A DNA stretch of 64,000 nucleotides from an uncultured Gammaproteobacteria bacterium (GCA_964570655.1 CAZMYU010000002.1:11367-75366), one strand, 5' to 3'; shown: positions 1 through 10,453, counted from the stretch's first letter. Notes: generated by a model from the letters alone, not told the origin. Program-made: numbers and translations.

Positions 1-1
1 T

Positions 2-502
2 GGTCAGGTTAATGGTGCTATTTGGCAAGATTATCTGAGTAACAAAAGAATGGGCGCAGATATTAAACCTTTTAAAAGTCAGGATGTCTCGCTGGAGTTT
101 TGGTGGCAAAATATTGCCTATTCTGATGGCGGTCGATTAGAAGTAAAGTTAATGAGTCAGGGCAATACTTTCTTAGGGCTCATTCCTGATTATTTTAGAG
201 TCGGTGCTTATTTTAATAATAATTATTATATGCTCAGTCAGGGAGTGGGAGATCTTATTCCGGCTGATGCCAATTGGCATCATGTGGTCCTGGTTTATGA
301 TTCGACTCTAATGAAGCTTAGTCTATATGTTGATGGAGTTCCGCGCTGGGCGGCGACTGAAACTTGGTTGCCAGAGGAATTTTATGATCGAATTGAAATT
401 AATAATCAGGCTTTTAGTTCTGGAATTGATGAATTAAAAATTTGGCAGGGAGCACTCAGCGCCGAAGAAGTACTCCAAAATTATCAGCAAGGATTAAATT
501 GA
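2..502 (+). CDS. LamG/concanavalin A-like lectin domain protein, C-terminal part (5' end outside window)
   Basis: Reading frame is open to window start; 'WHHVVLVYDSTLMKLSLYVDGV' resembles Laminin_G_3 core motif. Confidence 0.5.
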   Translation, partial: GQVNGAIWQDYLSNKRMGADIKPFKSQDVSLEFWWQNIAYSDGGRLEVKLMSQGNTFLGLIPDYFRVGAYFNNNYYMLSQGVGDLIPADANWHHVVLVYDSTLMKLSLYVDGVPRWAATETWLPEEFYDRIEINNQAFSSGIDELKIWQGALSAEEVLQNYQQGLN

Positions 503-533
503 TAAAATAGGACTTGAAGGACTTGCAGGACAT

Positions 534-576
534 GAAAGACGTGCAGGATATTAATGAAAAATCCTACACGTCTTTC
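534..576. terminator. hairpin between convergent genes (gaaagacgtgcaggat / atcctacacgtctttc) followed by T-rich 'tgtctttc' x3 tract
   Basis: 16-bp imperfect inverted repeat seen in sequence, T-rich downstream. Confidence 0.4.
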
Positions 577-607
577 TTGTCTTTCCTGTCTTTCACGTCT
601 TGTTTTT

Positions 608-943
608 TTATTCAATCACCACGGCTGTGCCATAGCAGAGAACTTCGGTAACGCCGTTCATAACATCATTAGCGTCATAACGCACACCGATAATGGCATT
701 AGCTCCGAGTTCTTGAGCATGCTTAGTCATGAGTTCATAGGCCTCATTGCGAGCTTTTTCGCAGAGCTCAGTAAAAAGCGAAATGTTTCCGCCCAAGATG
801 GTTTGCAGTGATCCGCCAATTGAGCCAATGATGGATCTAGATCTGACGGTGATGCCTTTGACTAATCCCAAATTTTTGACAATTTTTTTATTTGGCAATT
901 CAAAGGCGGTAGTGACATTGATTGATTCCATAAATTTTATCAT
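608..943 (-). CDS. ybjQ: YbjQ/UPF0145 family protein (putative heavy-metal-binding)
   Basis: 111 aa; '[13 protein letters not shown]...[10 protein letters not shown]' matches YbjQ family. Confidence 0.7.
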   Translation of the reverse strand: MIKFMESINVTTAFELPNKKIVKNLGLVKGITVRSRSIIGSIGGSLQTILGGNISLFTELCEKARNEAYELMTKHAQELGANAIIGVRYDANDVMNGVTEVLCYGTAVVIE

Positions 944-984
944 CTGCTCCCATACTCCTAATATTAGGAGTATGGGAGCAGGGG

Positions 985-1809
985 TTATTTTTGTTTATTA
1001 AATATAAAAAATCTATTGCGGCCACAGAGATCTTTTTTGATTAGGGTCTGGGGACCAAAAAGTTTTTTGATTTGCTGGCCTTGCTTGGGATCGATTTCGC
1101 CGATGAGGATGAGTTTTTGGAGATTCATTTTTTTTATTTGTCCGGCGAGTTCTCGGTAGTATTTGAGGCCGTTTGGTCCGCCGTCTAGGGCTAATTTCGG
1201 TTCGTATTTTATGCTCGGTGATTTTTTGATTTGGTCTTTAGTTAGATAGGGAAGATTGGCTAGGAGTAAGACCGGTTCAGTAATTTTTTTAATTGGAGCT
1301 AGTAGGTTGCCTTGGAAAAATTTTATTTTAACTCGATGATGTTTGGCGTTGAGCTTGGCAATTTTTAGCGCCGGCTTAGAAATATCAGTAGCTATAAAAT
1401 TTCCCGAAATTTTGGTGGCCAAAGTGATGGCAATAGTTCCAGGACCAGTTCCTAAATCAATAATTGTTTGGGGTTTAAATTTTGGTGCGTAGTTGAGAGC
1501 CAAATCAATCAAGGTTTCTGTTTCGGGGCGGGGAATTAGGGTGTGTTTATTAACCTTGAAATCTAGGCCATAAAATTCTTGGTGACCGACAATATAAGCC
1601 AGGGGAATATTTTGGAGTCGTTTGTTTAGGGCTAGATCAAATTTTTTTAAAATAGTTTTGGGAATAATTATCTCCGAGTGGGCTAGCAAATAGGCTCGGT
1701 CTTTTTGGAAAATTTCTGACAACAAAAATTCCGCCTCTAGAGAAGCGAAATCGATGTGCTGGGCTATTAATTTTTTGGTGGCCAGAGCCAATATCTCTTT
1801 AACTTGCAT
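985..1809 (-). CDS. prmC: release factor glutamine N5-methyltransferase PrmC/HemK
   Basis: '[12 protein letters not shown]' SAM-binding motif, 'NLPY' (NPPY-type) motif; immediately downstream of prfA. Confidence 0.8.
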   Translation of the reverse strand: MQVKEILALATKKLIAQHIDFASLEAEFLLSEIFQKDRAYLLAHSEIIIPKTILKKFDLALNKRLQNIPLAYIVGHQEFYGLDFKVNKHTLIPRPETETLIDLALNYAPKFKPQTIIDLGTGPGTIAITLATKISGNFIATDISKPALKIAKLNAKHHRVKIKFFQGNLLAPIKKITEPVLLLANLPYLTKDQIKKSPSIKYEPKLALDGGPNGLKYYRELAGQIKKMNLQKLILIGEIDPKQGQQIKKLFGPQTLIKKDLCGRNRFFIFNKQK

Positions 1810-2851
1810 TTTTGCTTTGTCGTTTAGCTTTTTTGTAAGTAGTAATAATTTCTAGCAAGTTGCCGTCTAAGACATCGGTGAGATTATGCCAATTATGATT
1901 GATGCGATGATCGGTTAGCCGGTCTTGGGGGAAATTATAAGTTTTTATCTTGTCACTTCTGTCACCCGAGCCGACTTGTTCTTTGCGTTCCTTGGAATCT
2001 TGGGCGAGACGTTCGTCTTCGATTTTGGCTAGGAGCCGTGATCTGAGAATTTGCAGAGCTCTTTCTTTGTTTTGGTGTTGGGATTTTTGGTCTTGGCAAC
2101 TAACCGTGAGGCCAGTGGGCAGATGGGTGACGCGAATAGCTGAATAGGTAGTGTTGACACTTTGACCACCTGGTCCAGAAGAACAAAAAGTATCAATGCG
2201 AATATCTTGTGGGTTAATAACAATATCAACTTCTTCGGCTTCTGGTAAAACCACCACTGTTGAGGTGGAGGTGTGGACCCGGCCCTGCTTTTCGGTTTCG
2301 GGAACTCTTTGGACGCGATGAGTGCCGGCTTCGTATTTGAGTAGTCCGTAAACTCCTTTGCCATGAATGGCAAAAATAATTTCTTTAAAACCACCGATGC
2401 CAATGCGATTAGAATCTAAAATTTCGGTTTTCCAACCTTGACGTTCGGCAAAACGATTGTACATTCTAAATAGATCAGCGGTAAATAGCGCCGATTCATC
2501 GCCTCCGGCTCCAGCTCGGATCTCGATAATGGCATCTCGGGCATCATTGGGACTATCGGGATGAATTTTGTCTTCGATATCTTCGATTAATTTCTCTTGA
2601 GCTTCTATGAGAGGAGCCAATTCTTCTTCGGCTATTTTTTTAAATTCCAGATCGTTATCGCTGGCAATAATTTCTTGATTGTCGGCAATCTGCTTTTGGA
2701 TTTTTTCTAATTCCAAAACCAGCTCGTTAATGATTTTTAAACGGGCTTGTTCCTTGCCAACTTTAGCGTACTCGGATTGATTTTTGATTAGATCCGGGTC
2801 GGATATTTTGGCAGTCAACTCGGCAAATTGTGTTTTGATGTCTTCAAACAT
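1799..2851 (-). CDS. prfA: peptide chain release factor 1
   Basis: GGQ motif 'SGPGGQSVNTT', 'RVTHLPTG'; 350 aa. Confidence 0.9.
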   Translation of the reverse strand: MFEDIKTQFAELTAKISDPDLIKNQSEYAKVGKEQARLKIINELVLELEKIQKQIADNQEIIASDNDLEFKKIAEEELAPLIEAQEKLIEDIEDKIHPDSPNDARDAIIEIRAGAGGDESALFTADLFRMYNRFAERQGWKTEILDSNRIGIGGFKEIIFAIHGKGVYGLLKYEAGTHRVQRVPETEKQGRVHTSTSTVVVLPEAEEVDIVINPQDIRIDTFCSSGPGGQSVNTTYSAIRVTHLPTGLTVSCQDQKSQHQNKERALQILRSRLLAKIEDERLAQDSKERKEQVGSGDRSDKIKTYNFPQDRLTDHRINHNWHNLTDVLDGNLLEIITTYKKAKRQSKNAS

Positions 2852-2941
2852 AAATAGTGTTAAAACTCTTAATATACAATTAACCCCCCTAGATAGTTTA
2901 TCATAAATAAACTAGGCTTAGGAGGGCTAATTTGAAAGTAG

Positions 2942-3229
2942 TTATTTTTTTGATTTTCCGGTAGTTTTTTTAGCGGTTTTGGCAGCTCTTTTGACCTTTT
3001 TGCCTTTTCTGGTTTCAGAAGCTTCTTTTTGCTTGGCCACTTTGGCATGGAATTTTTCGGCTCGGCGAGCAGTATCCACCAATTTCTGTTTACCGGTATA
3101 GAAAGGATGGCAGACTGAGCAGAGGTCAACCTTAATCTCTGGTTCAGTGGAGCCAGTTTCAAAAGTATGGCCACAAGCGCAAATAACTTTGGCATTAGTA
3201 TAATACTTAGGATGAGTATCTTTCTTCAT
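2942..3229 (-). CDS. rpmE: 50S ribosomal protein L31 with Lys-rich C-terminal tail
   Basis: '[10 protein letters not shown]...[10 protein letters not shown]' L31 signature with CxxC...C..C. Confidence 0.85.
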   Translation of the reverse strand: MKKDTHPKYYTNAKVICACGHTFETGSTEPEIKVDLCSVCHPFYTGKQKLVDTARRAEKFHAKVAKQKEASETRKGKKVKRAAKTAKKTTGKSKK

Positions 3230-3417
3230 ATTTTTAGCTTATTAATAATAATGATTAATGCTATCACAACTTTAATTATAAGTCAAAAAGTTGGTGTAAA
3301 CTTGACATATTTTATTTTCTATGCTATTATTGGGCATTAATTAAAAAGTCCTTAAAAATGAAAAAAGAGTTTGATTCATTGTGGTAGTTTTTTTGTCAAA
3401 CAAAAAAATCTATTACC

Positions 3418-3810
3418 ATGAAAAAAATTAGTTTTTTAGTGTCCGTTACTTGTCGTATCTATTCTGATAATCATCAGGAGATGACCAAAGCTTTTTATAC
3501 CCATATTCGACCAGATCTATTGGAACACGATTTCGAATATCGGCTCTCTATTTCTAATGAGCCCTGGGATATTGAAACTAGTGATCTATGTATCTGGGAG
3601 AGGATTATCGACCGCGAATATGATTTTTCATTGTCTGTTTCTTGTTTTGATGGCGAAACAAAGTTGTCAGAATTAGGAATAGAGATGGAGAAAAAATTAT
3701 TTGCCAAGGTGATAATTATGCGAGAAAAAGCCAAAAGTTATCAGCTGTTGATAAACGAATTAGAGTCCCTAGGATATTTGCATTATCTGGGAATTGACGA
3801 ACCACAGTAA
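3418..3810 (+). CDS. hypothetical protein
   Basis: 130-aa ORF, no recognisable motif; followed by terminator. Confidence 0.4.
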   Translation: MKKISFLVSVTCRIYSDNHQEMTKAFYTHIRPDLLEHDFEYRLSISNEPWDIETSDLCIWERIIDREYDFSLSVSCFDGETKLSELGIEMEKKLFAKVIIMREKAKSYQLLINELESLGYLHYLGIDEPQ

Positions 3811-3877
3811 TGGAACTAAAAAACGGAAAAGTCCAAACAAGGTGAGGCGAAGTTTTAGTAGCTCGATCCGCTGGCAT

Positions 3878-3906
3878 GAGAGTCTCCTTTGACTCTCTTT
3901 TTTTTG
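3878..3906 (+). terminator. rho-independent terminator (gagagtc-tccttt-gactctc + T9)
   Basis: 7-bp stem plus T-run directly seen. Confidence 0.55.
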
Positions 3907-4007
3907 TATTGATGTTAGGGTTGACTTCAAAATATAATAATGTTATCTTGTTTAATTATTAAATAGTTTTTTGAAAAAAAATAATATTCTAAATATAAGG
4001 AGGAATT

Positions 4008-4751
4008 TTGAAAACAAATAATTTAAAAAAATGGTTAATTTGGGATTTGGATGGAACCTTATTGAATTCCATTGGGCCAGCCATTCAATTTTTTAGGAAG
4101 ATGGCCATGCTGTCTTCTTTACCAGTGCCGAGCACTGACTTCTTGGTAAAAATTTGGGGGCAAAGGTTCACTACCAAAATAGTTCCTTTGGTGGCGGAGA
4201 AATATAATTGGAATAACAATCAGATTAAAAAATTCCTAGATCGTTGGAACAATTTTTTCCCTAAAGAGGCAGATAAAATCAATAAGCCTTTTGCCAATGT
4301 CAAAGAAGTTTTGTTGGCCTGCAAACAGTTGGGTTTGCATAATGTCATCATTAGCAACCGGACGCAGATAGATCTAATTGATATATTTAATAATTCTGAA
4401 CTTTCCAGCGATTTATTTGATCATTTGCGTGGGCATGATTTTTGTCCGGAAGAAGGTGAATTGGTCAAGCCTAATTCTCGAGTCTTGACTTCCTTTATGA
4501 CCAAAACTGGAGCTCAGCCTAGCCAAATTGTAGGCATTGGCGATTCTATCAAAAACGATTACGAGCTTTTCAAAAGTCAGGGCATAGATTTTATTGCTAT
4601 GACTGGGATTTTGCATTCTCGGGAAGATTTTGCCAAAGCCGGCGTTCCAAAGGATTTTATTGTATCCTCTCCTCAGGAAATATTCCCGATTTTGGAAAAA
4701 CATTTTGCCGTAGTTAGTTCGGCGCTCCTGGCTCATTTGTTACTCTGGTAA
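4008..4751 (+). CDS. HAD-superfamily hydrolase
   Basis: 'LIWDLDGTLLNS' DxDGT motif I of HAD family. Confidence 0.7.
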   Translation: MKTNNLKKWLIWDLDGTLLNSIGPAIQFFRKMAMLSSLPVPSTDFLVKIWGQRFTTKIVPLVAEKYNWNNNQIKKFLDRWNNFFPKEADKINKPFANVKEVLLACKQLGLHNVIISNRTQIDLIDIFNNSELSSDLFDHLRGHDFCPEEGELVKPNSRVLTSFMTKTGAQPSQIVGIGDSIKNDYELFKSQGIDFIAMTGILHSREDFAKAGVPKDFIVSSPQEIFPILEKHFAVVSSALLAHLLLW

Positions 4752-4785
4752 TTAATCTGGCCTAGTTTTGATTGAAAACCCTTAA

Positions 4786-4816
4786 AAACCCCGAAAAAAT
4801 TCGGGGCTTTTTATTT
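4786..4816 (+). terminator. rho-independent terminator (ccccgaaaaaattcgggg + T-run)
   Basis: GC stem-loop followed by ctttttatttt. Confidence 0.6.
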
Positions 4817-4875
4817 TATTTAGAAAGATTGATTTTTTTGGGTCAATCTGTTAAAATAGAGGCAATATTAATTAT

Positions 4876-5295
4876 ATGACCCCAGCTAAATCCAAGAAAA
4901 AATCAAAATTTAACAAGTTAAATGATGAGCCTCAAGAAGAACAGCTCAATTTTTTAGATCCCAAATACCAAGAGGAGATTGCTCAAGAAAAAGCTAGCCA
5001 AGAAGCCAAGAATTCGGTTAAATGGCATGGCACTGTTTTTACTGGTAGGCAGGCCGAGATTGTTAGAAAAGCTAAAAATTTGGAAATTTCTTTTCATCCC
5101 GAATTAAGTTTGGAACAAATTGAAAACGAACCAATTAAATCTAGAGAAGATAATCAAGAAATAAACAAAGAAAAACCAGCGATCGATCTTCATCGGGAAT
5201 TAAAAGAAGAACCTAAAGAGCCAGAGAGTTTTGGTGGTGATGAAACTGAAAAACCTGGTTGGGAAAATTGGGGACGTTTTAATCGTTATCGTTAA
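4876..5295 (+). CDS. hypothetical charged (K/E-rich) protein
   Basis: 139-aa ORF upstream of ileS; no motif. Confidence 0.4.
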   Translation: MTPAKSKKKSKFNKLNDEPQEEQLNFLDPKYQEEIAQEKASQEAKNSVKWHGTVFTGRQAEIVRKAKNLEISFHPELSLEQIENEPIKSREDNQEINKEKPAIDLHRELKEEPKEPESFGGDETEKPGWENWGRFNRYR

Positions 5296-5317
5296 TAAAA
5301 TAATTTTCAATTAATAT

Positions 5318-8236
5318 ATGGCTGATAATAAAAACTTTTGGGCTGTGGCCGAAGAAGACATCTTGAATTTTTGGGATAAAGCCAAAATATTTCAAAAAAC
5401 TATTGATAGACCGGCGGAGTCCGGTAATTTTGTTTTTTACGAAGGTCCGCCCACGGCTAATGGTCGTCCTGGTATTCATCATGTCCTAGCTCGCTCATTT
5501 AAAGATGTGATTCCTCGTTACAAAAGTATGAATGGCTTCAAGGTTCTTAGAAAGGCCGGTTGGGATACTCATGGATTACCAGTAGAATTACAAGTTGAAA
5601 AAGAACTCAAGATTTCTGGTAAGCCCGATATTGAGAAGTATGGTATTTTTGAATTCAATCAAAAATGTCGAGAGAGTGTTTGGAAATTCAAAGACGAATG
5701 GGAAAAAATGACTCGGCGAATTGCTTTTTGGCTGGATCTGGAGCACCCCTATATTACTTATGATAATTCTTATATCGAATCTTTGTGGTGGATAATTTCT
5801 CAGGCTAATGCCAAAAATTTGCTCTATCGAGGCCACAAAGTTGTTCCGCATTGTCCGCGTTGCGGCACGGCTCTGTCGACTCACGAAGTAGCCCAAGGGT
5901 ATAAATTGGTCAAAGATAATTCTTTGTATATTAATTTTAAAATTACTAAGGGCAACAATTTGGTGAGCCCCGGCGATTTTATATTGGCTTGGACGACTAC
6001 GCCGTGGACCTTGCCAGGCAATGTCGCTTTGGCTGTGGGTGAAGGCTTGGAATACGTCAAAGTCAAAAGTGGTGGTGATAATTATATTTTGGCCAAAAAA
6101 AGACTGGCTGATGTTTTTAAAACTCAGGGTTATGAAATTTTAGAAACTTTTGATGGTGAAGATTTGGTTGGAGTCGAGTACGAACCTTTATTTAAAATTG
6201 ATTCTATTTTGGCTAGCGGCAAAAAGGCTTATTATGTTTCTTTGGCCAATTTTGTGACTACCGAAGATGGCAGTGGTGTTGTGCATACGGCGGTGATGTA
6301 CGGAGAAGATGATTATGATTTTGGTCATAAGCTAGATTTGCCAAAAATTCATACCGTTGATGAGAACGGTAATTTTTCTGAAGAATTAAAAGCTTATGGC
6401 TTGGGTGCTAAGTTTGTCAAAGATGAGGCGACTGAAAAAATAATTATTGATGTTTTACAAAAAGATGGTCGGATCTTTAAAGAAGAAGTCTATGAACATG
6501 ACTACCCTTATTGTTGGCGTTGCGATACTCCGCTTTTGTATTATGCCAAAGATTCTTGGTTTTTGCAGATGAGCAGTTTGCGCGAGGAGCTCATCAAAAA
6601 TAATTCTACAATTAATTGGATACCTAGTCATATCAAAGAAGGTCGTTTTGGTGAGTGGTTGACCAATGTTAAGGATTGGGCAATTTCTCGTGAAAGATAT
6701 TGGGGAACACCATTACCAATTTGGGAATGTGCTTGTGGTGGTCGAGAAGTGATTAGCAGCGTGGAGTCTCTCAGTAAAAAGAGTGGTCAGGCTATAAGTT
6801 TGGAATCCGATTTGCATCGTCCAGCTATTGATAATATTAATATTCCTTGTCCCAGTTGTGCCAAGCCAATGACCAGGGTCAAGGAAGTTTTTGATTGCTG
6901 GTTTGATAGTGGTGCTATGCCCCTGGCTCAACATCATTATCCTTTTGAGAACAAAGCGTTAATTGATAGTGGTGAGCAATATCCGGCCGAGTTTATTTGT
7001 GAAGCTATTGATCAAACTCGTGGTTGGTTTTATACTCTCTTGGCTCTGGGGACTATTTTGGGCAAAGGCAGTCCTTATAAAAATGTAATTTGTTTGGGGC
7101 ATATTAATGATAAATATGGCAAAAAAATGTCCAAGAGCAAGGGCAATATCGTTGACCCCTGGGAGGTAATGGATGCTTATGGCGCCGATGCTGTAAGACT
7201 TCATATGTATACTATTAATCAACCAGGCGAAGGTAAGCGTTATGATCTAGAGGATGTCAAAGAGGTTTTTCGCCAAAATATCATGTTGATTTTAAATATT
7301 TATAAGTTTTATGAATTGTATGCCGATCCCAAAGGTAGTCCTGATAATCAATTAGAACCAAAATCGGATAACATTTTGGATCAGTGGATACTTTTGAAAT
7401 TGAATAAATTGATTATTAAATTGACTGCTGATTTAGATAAATACCATATTTATGAATCGGCTCGAGAGATTCCAATTTTTATTAATGAGCTTTCTACTTG
7501 GTATTTGCGCCGTTCTCGAGATAGATTCAAATCTGAAGATGAGACCGACAAGCAACAAGTTCTCGGCACTATGTCTTTTGTTTTGCTTAGCTTAGCCAAG
7601 CTGATGGCTCCATTCATGCCTTTCATTTCCGAGCAACTCTATCAAAAAATAACTGGGGCAAATTATCAAGATGACAATTTGAGTGTCCATTTGAGTATTT
7701 GGCCTAAGGCTCAGAAACTAAAAGATGATTTAGAAATTTTAAGCAAGATGGATAAGGCGCGAGAAATTGTGGAGATGGGTCTTTCGGCTCGGGATAAATC
7801 AGGCATCAAAGTTCGACAGGTTTTGGCCAAGATTACAGTGAGTGGTCTAAAAGAAGAGTTGGACCAGGCTTATCAGGATTTAATCACTGATGAATTAAAT
7901 GTGAAAGAAATGATGGTGAGCAAAAAAGGCGATCAGTTGCAGGTTGATTTAGACACCGTCTTGACGCCAGAATTAAAATTGGAAGGTCTCAAGAGAGAAG
8001 TGGTCAGATCTATCAATCAATTGCGCAAAGAGGCGGGGCTGACAGTTGGTGACTTGGCTGATGTTATTTTTAGCGAGGCTAGTGGTGATTTGGGAGAGGT
8101 TTTAAAAACTATGGCTGAGGCGATTAAAAAAGAAACTTTTTCTCGAGATTTGAAAGTGGAGGCGATTTCTAATAATTTAATTAAAAAAGATATTAAGTTA
8201 GACGATTATCAATTGACAATCGCGCTTAATAAATAA
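5318..8236 (+). CDS. ileS: isoleucyl-tRNA synthetase (class I)
   Basis: HIGH-type 'PTANGRPGIHHV', 'GWDTHGLPVE', 'KMSKSKGN'; 972 aa. Confidence 0.9.
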   Translation: MADNKNFWAVAEEDILNFWDKAKIFQKTIDRPAESGNFVFYEGPPTANGRPGIHHVLARSFKDVIPRYKSMNGFKVLRKAGWDTHGLPVELQVEKELKISGKPDIEKYGIFEFNQKCRESVWKFKDEWEKMTRRIAFWLDLEHPYITYDNSYIESLWWIISQANAKNLLYRGHKVVPHCPRCGTALSTHEVAQGYKLVKDNSLYINFKITKGNNLVSPGDFILAWTTTPWTLPGNVALAVGEGLEYVKVKSGGDNYILAKKRLADVFKTQGYEILETFDGEDLVGVEYEPLFKIDSILASGKKAYYVSLANFVTTEDGSGVVHTAVMYGEDDYDFGHKLDLPKIHTVDENGNFSEELKAYGLGAKFVKDEATEKIIIDVLQKDGRIFKEEVYEHDYPYCWRCDTPLLYYAKDSWFLQMSSLREELIKNNSTINWIPSHIKEGRFGEWLTNVKDWAISRERYWGTPLPIWECACGGREVISSVESLSKKSGQAISLESDLHRPAIDNINIPCPSCAKPMTRVKEVFDCWFDSGAMPLAQHHYPFENKALIDSGEQYPAEFICEAIDQTRGWFYTLLALGTILGKGSPYKNVICLGHINDKYGKKMSKSKGNIVDPWEVMDAYGADAVRLHMYTINQPGEGKRYDLEDVKEVFRQNIMLILNIYKFYELYADPKGSPDNQLEPKSDNILDQWILLKLNKLIIKLTADLDKYHIYESAREIPIFINELSTWYLRRSRDRFKSEDETDKQQVLGTMSFVLLSLAKLMAPFMPFISEQLYQKITGANYQDDNLSVHLSIWPKAQKLKDDLEILSKMDKAREIVEMGLSARDKSGIKVRQVLAKITVSGLKEELDQAYQDLITDELNVKEMMVSKKGDQLQVDLDTVLTPELKLEGLKREVVRSINQLRKEAGLTVGDLADVIFSEASGDLGEVLKTMAEAIKKETFSRDLKVEAISNNLIKKDIKLDDYQLTIALNK

Positions 8237-8240
8237 AAAT

Positions 8241-8804
8241 ATGACCATATTTTGGATTGTACTCGCGATTATTATCGCGTTAGCTCTAATAATTATCGGT
8301 TTGTATAATGGGCTTATTCGTCTCAAAAATCGGGTTGATGAAGCTAGGAGTGATATGGATGTGCAAATGAAAAGACGTTACGACCTGATTCCTAATTTGG
8401 TGGAGACAGTCAAAGGTTATGCCGCCCATGAAAGTCAAACTTTAGAAAAAGTAGTGGAGGCTCGTAACCAAGCGATGGCCGCCAATAAAAGTGGTGATTT
8501 GAAAGCCGAGGCTCAGGCGGAAAACTTTTTGTCCGGAACCCTTAAATCTTTGTTTGCTCTTAGTGAAAGTTATCCAGATCTCAAGGCCAATACCAATTTT
8601 TTGGATTTGCAAAAAGAATTAACTGATACTGAGGACAAGATTATGGCTTCTCGTCGTTTCTACAATAGTAATGTGCGCGAATTTAATATTAAGCTACAAG
8701 TTTTCCCATCCAATATTATTGCCGGTTTCTTAGGTTTCAAAGCTCAACTCTATTTTGAAATCACCGAAGAAGCGGCCAAAGAACCCGTCAAAGTGCAATT
8801 CTAA
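8241..8804 (+). CDS. lemA: LemA family membrane protein
   Basis: N-terminal TM + 'NRVDEARSDMDVQMKRRYDLIPNLVETVKGYAAHE' LemA signature. Confidence 0.8.
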   Translation: MTIFWIVLAIIIALALIIIGLYNGLIRLKNRVDEARSDMDVQMKRRYDLIPNLVETVKGYAAHESQTLEKVVEARNQAMAANKSGDLKAEAQAENFLSGTLKSLFALSESYPDLKANTNFLDLQKELTDTEDKIMASRRFYNSNVREFNIKLQVFPSNIIAGFLGFKAQLYFEITEEAAKEPVKVQF

Positions 8805-8807
8805 ATT

Positions 8808-9719
8808 ATGAATCTCTATAATAATGTTGCCAAAAATAGTCGTCGGACCTGGCTACTGATGTCGGTATTTTTTGTGGTGGTAGTTTTGGTTGGCTGGGTT
8901 TTTTCTTCGGCCATGGGTGCTCCGGAGATTCTGTATGTTGTGGTGGCTTTTGCCATCATCTCTTCTTTTGTTAGTTATTGGTTCAGCGACAAAATTGTTT
9001 TGTCACTCAGTGGTGCCAAAGAAGTGACTCATGAAAATGCTCGTGACTTGTATCATGTTGTCGAAAATTTATGTATTACGGCCGGACTACCAAATCCCAA
9101 AATTTATATTATTCAAGATAGCGCTCCTAATGCTTTTGCCACTGGTCGTGACAAAGATCATGCGGTCATTGTTTTTACTACTGGGATTTTAGAAAAACTA
9201 GAAAAGCCCGAGTTAGAAGGAGTCGTGGCACACGAATTATCGCATATTGGTAATCGGGATATTTTGCTAGCGACCATGGTTACGGTGTTAGTTGGCGTTG
9301 TGGTCCTCTTGGCTGATTGGTTTCGTCACTGGTCGCTGTTTGGTGGTCGTCGACGGGGAAGTGATAATGATAATAATCAGATCGCTTTGATTATTACCAT
9401 TGTGGCTATTGTTTTTTCTATCCTAGCTCCGCTCTTTGCCTATCTAATGCAATTTGCTATTTCGCGCAAACGAGAATATCTAGCTGATAGTAGTGGGGCG
9501 CTGCTCACTCGTTATCCCGAAGGTTTAGCTCGAGCTCTAGAAAAAATTTCTAGCGACACTGAGCCACTAGAAGCGGCTAATCGAGCCACGGCTCATTTAT
9601 ATATTGCCTCGCCGTTTAAAGACGATAGTCGGACCAAGCCATCAAATTTTGCCAAACTCTTTATGACTCATCCGCCAATTCAGGATAGGATCAAAAAATT
9701 GCGGGATATGAGTATATAA
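8808..9719 (+). CDS. htpX: M48 family zinc protease HtpX
   Basis: 'HELSHIGNRD' HExxH, multiple TM; lemA-htpX pairing. Confidence 0.85.
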   Translation: MNLYNNVAKNSRRTWLLMSVFFVVVVLVGWVFSSAMGAPEILYVVVAFAIISSFVSYWFSDKIVLSLSGAKEVTHENARDLYHVVENLCITAGLPNPKIYIIQDSAPNAFATGRDKDHAVIVFTTGILEKLEKPELEGVVAHELSHIGNRDILLATMVTVLVGVVVLLADWFRHWSLFGGRRRGSDNDNNQIALIITIVAIVFSILAPLFAYLMQFAISRKREYLADSSGALLTRYPEGLARALEKISSDTEPLEAANRATAHLYIASPFKDDSRTKPSNFAKLFMTHPPIQDRIKKLRDMSI

Positions 9720-9735
9720 TCTTTTATAGAAAATT

Positions 9736-9768
9736 TAAAAAGGCTTGTCGTATTGACAAGCCTTTTTT
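9736..9768. terminator. bidirectional rho-independent terminator (aaaaaggcttgtc gtatt gacaagcctttttt)
   Basis: perfect 8-bp stem flanked by A-run and T-run between convergent genes. Confidence 0.65.
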
Positions 9769-9779
9769 GGTTGTTCGAA

Positions 9780-10256
9780 TTAGTCATCGTCTTTTTTTCT
9801 GTATTTAAGCCAAATAATGCTTATTAATGCGATGACATCGGTGATTAACATTATTATCGTTAATCTTTTTAATTTTTTTTGGGCCGATTCTAGTTGCCCG
9901 TTTTTCTCCTTTAACAAATGCCGGCTCTCTCTTTGAACCCGGGCCAACTCTTCCGAGTACACGAAGCTGTCTTTGCCTGAGTTATAAATCTCAAGCAGGT
10001 CCTTGCAGGACCAGCCTTCCTTGTCATAGGGGTCTAGCTCTGAGGGACCGACCCAGTATGAATCATGCAGATTGTGAATCCCCCTAGGCATAAACCCATA
10101 TGGAGTTGATTCCCATTCGGACACGCAGGAATTTCGATCCGGGGCTTTTATGAAGGTATAGATTTTTGTTCCTTTCAAATCTCCGTCATAAGCTAAGCTT
10201 CTAAAGGAAAAAGAAAGAGCAATACCGAAAAAAAACAAGAAAATAATTTTTTTCAT
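9780..10256 (-). CDS. hypothetical secreted/C-terminally anchored protein
   Basis: N-terminal signal peptide, C-terminal TM 'IIMLITDVIALISIIWL'. Confidence 0.45.
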   Translation of the reverse strand: MKKIIFLFFFGIALSFSFRSLAYDGDLKGTKIYTFIKAPDRNSCVSEWESTPYGFMPRGIHNLHDSYWVGPSELDPYDKEGWSCKDLLEIYNSGKDSFVYSEELARVQRESRHLLKEKNGQLESAQKKLKRLTIIMLITDVIALISIIWLKYRKKDDD

Positions 10257-10337
10257 TACGCTTATTTTAAAATGTTAATGTTCAATAATTATAGATAGTA
10301 TTATATCATATTATTCAAAACTTGTCAATCATGTTTC

Positions 10338-10420
10338 GTCCCACTTTACCGGGGTTTGCCCTCCTGCTTCGCTAAAGCTACGCAGGACACAGCGCGGAGC
10401 CGAAGGCGAAGTGGGGTTGA
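10338..10420 (+). ncRNA. GC-rich structured element, candidate small RNA (SRP/4.5S-like?) or 5' leader of rfbB
   Basis: ~80-nt GC-rich island in AT-rich intergenic DNA; 5' 'cccacttt' pairs with 3' 'aagtgggg', internal 'gcttcgc...gcgaag' pairing; preceded by TTGTCA / AT-rich promoter-like sequence. Confidence 0.25.
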
Positions 10421-10453
10421 ATTCACCATTTTTTATTGCTATACTGCTGATAT

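Noticed and set aside
554-1001. ORFs 554..811(+) and 747..1001(+) overlapping ybjQ on the opposite strand
   Set aside because: Low-complexity translations; region is fully explained by the minus-strand YbjQ gene and the convergent terminator.
1950-2403. ORFs 1950..2147(+) and 2029..2403(-) inside prfA
   Set aside because: Embedded in a strongly supported RF1 gene; biased composition typical of antisense or frame-shifted artefacts.
2869-3195. 108-aa ORF overlapping rpmE in another frame
   Set aside because: L31 frame has a clear family signature; the alternative frame does not.
3495-3734. 79-aa minus-strand ORF inside hypothetical gene 3418..3810
   Set aside because: Shorter antisense ORF; no support.
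4413-4736. 107-aa minus-strand ORF inside HAD hydrolase gene
   Set aside because: Antisense to a motif-supported gene.
10331-10430. Possible tRNA in GC-rich island
   Set aside because: No T-arm (GTTCRANYC-like) or cloverleaf could be built on either strand; kept only as a generic structured-RNA candidate.
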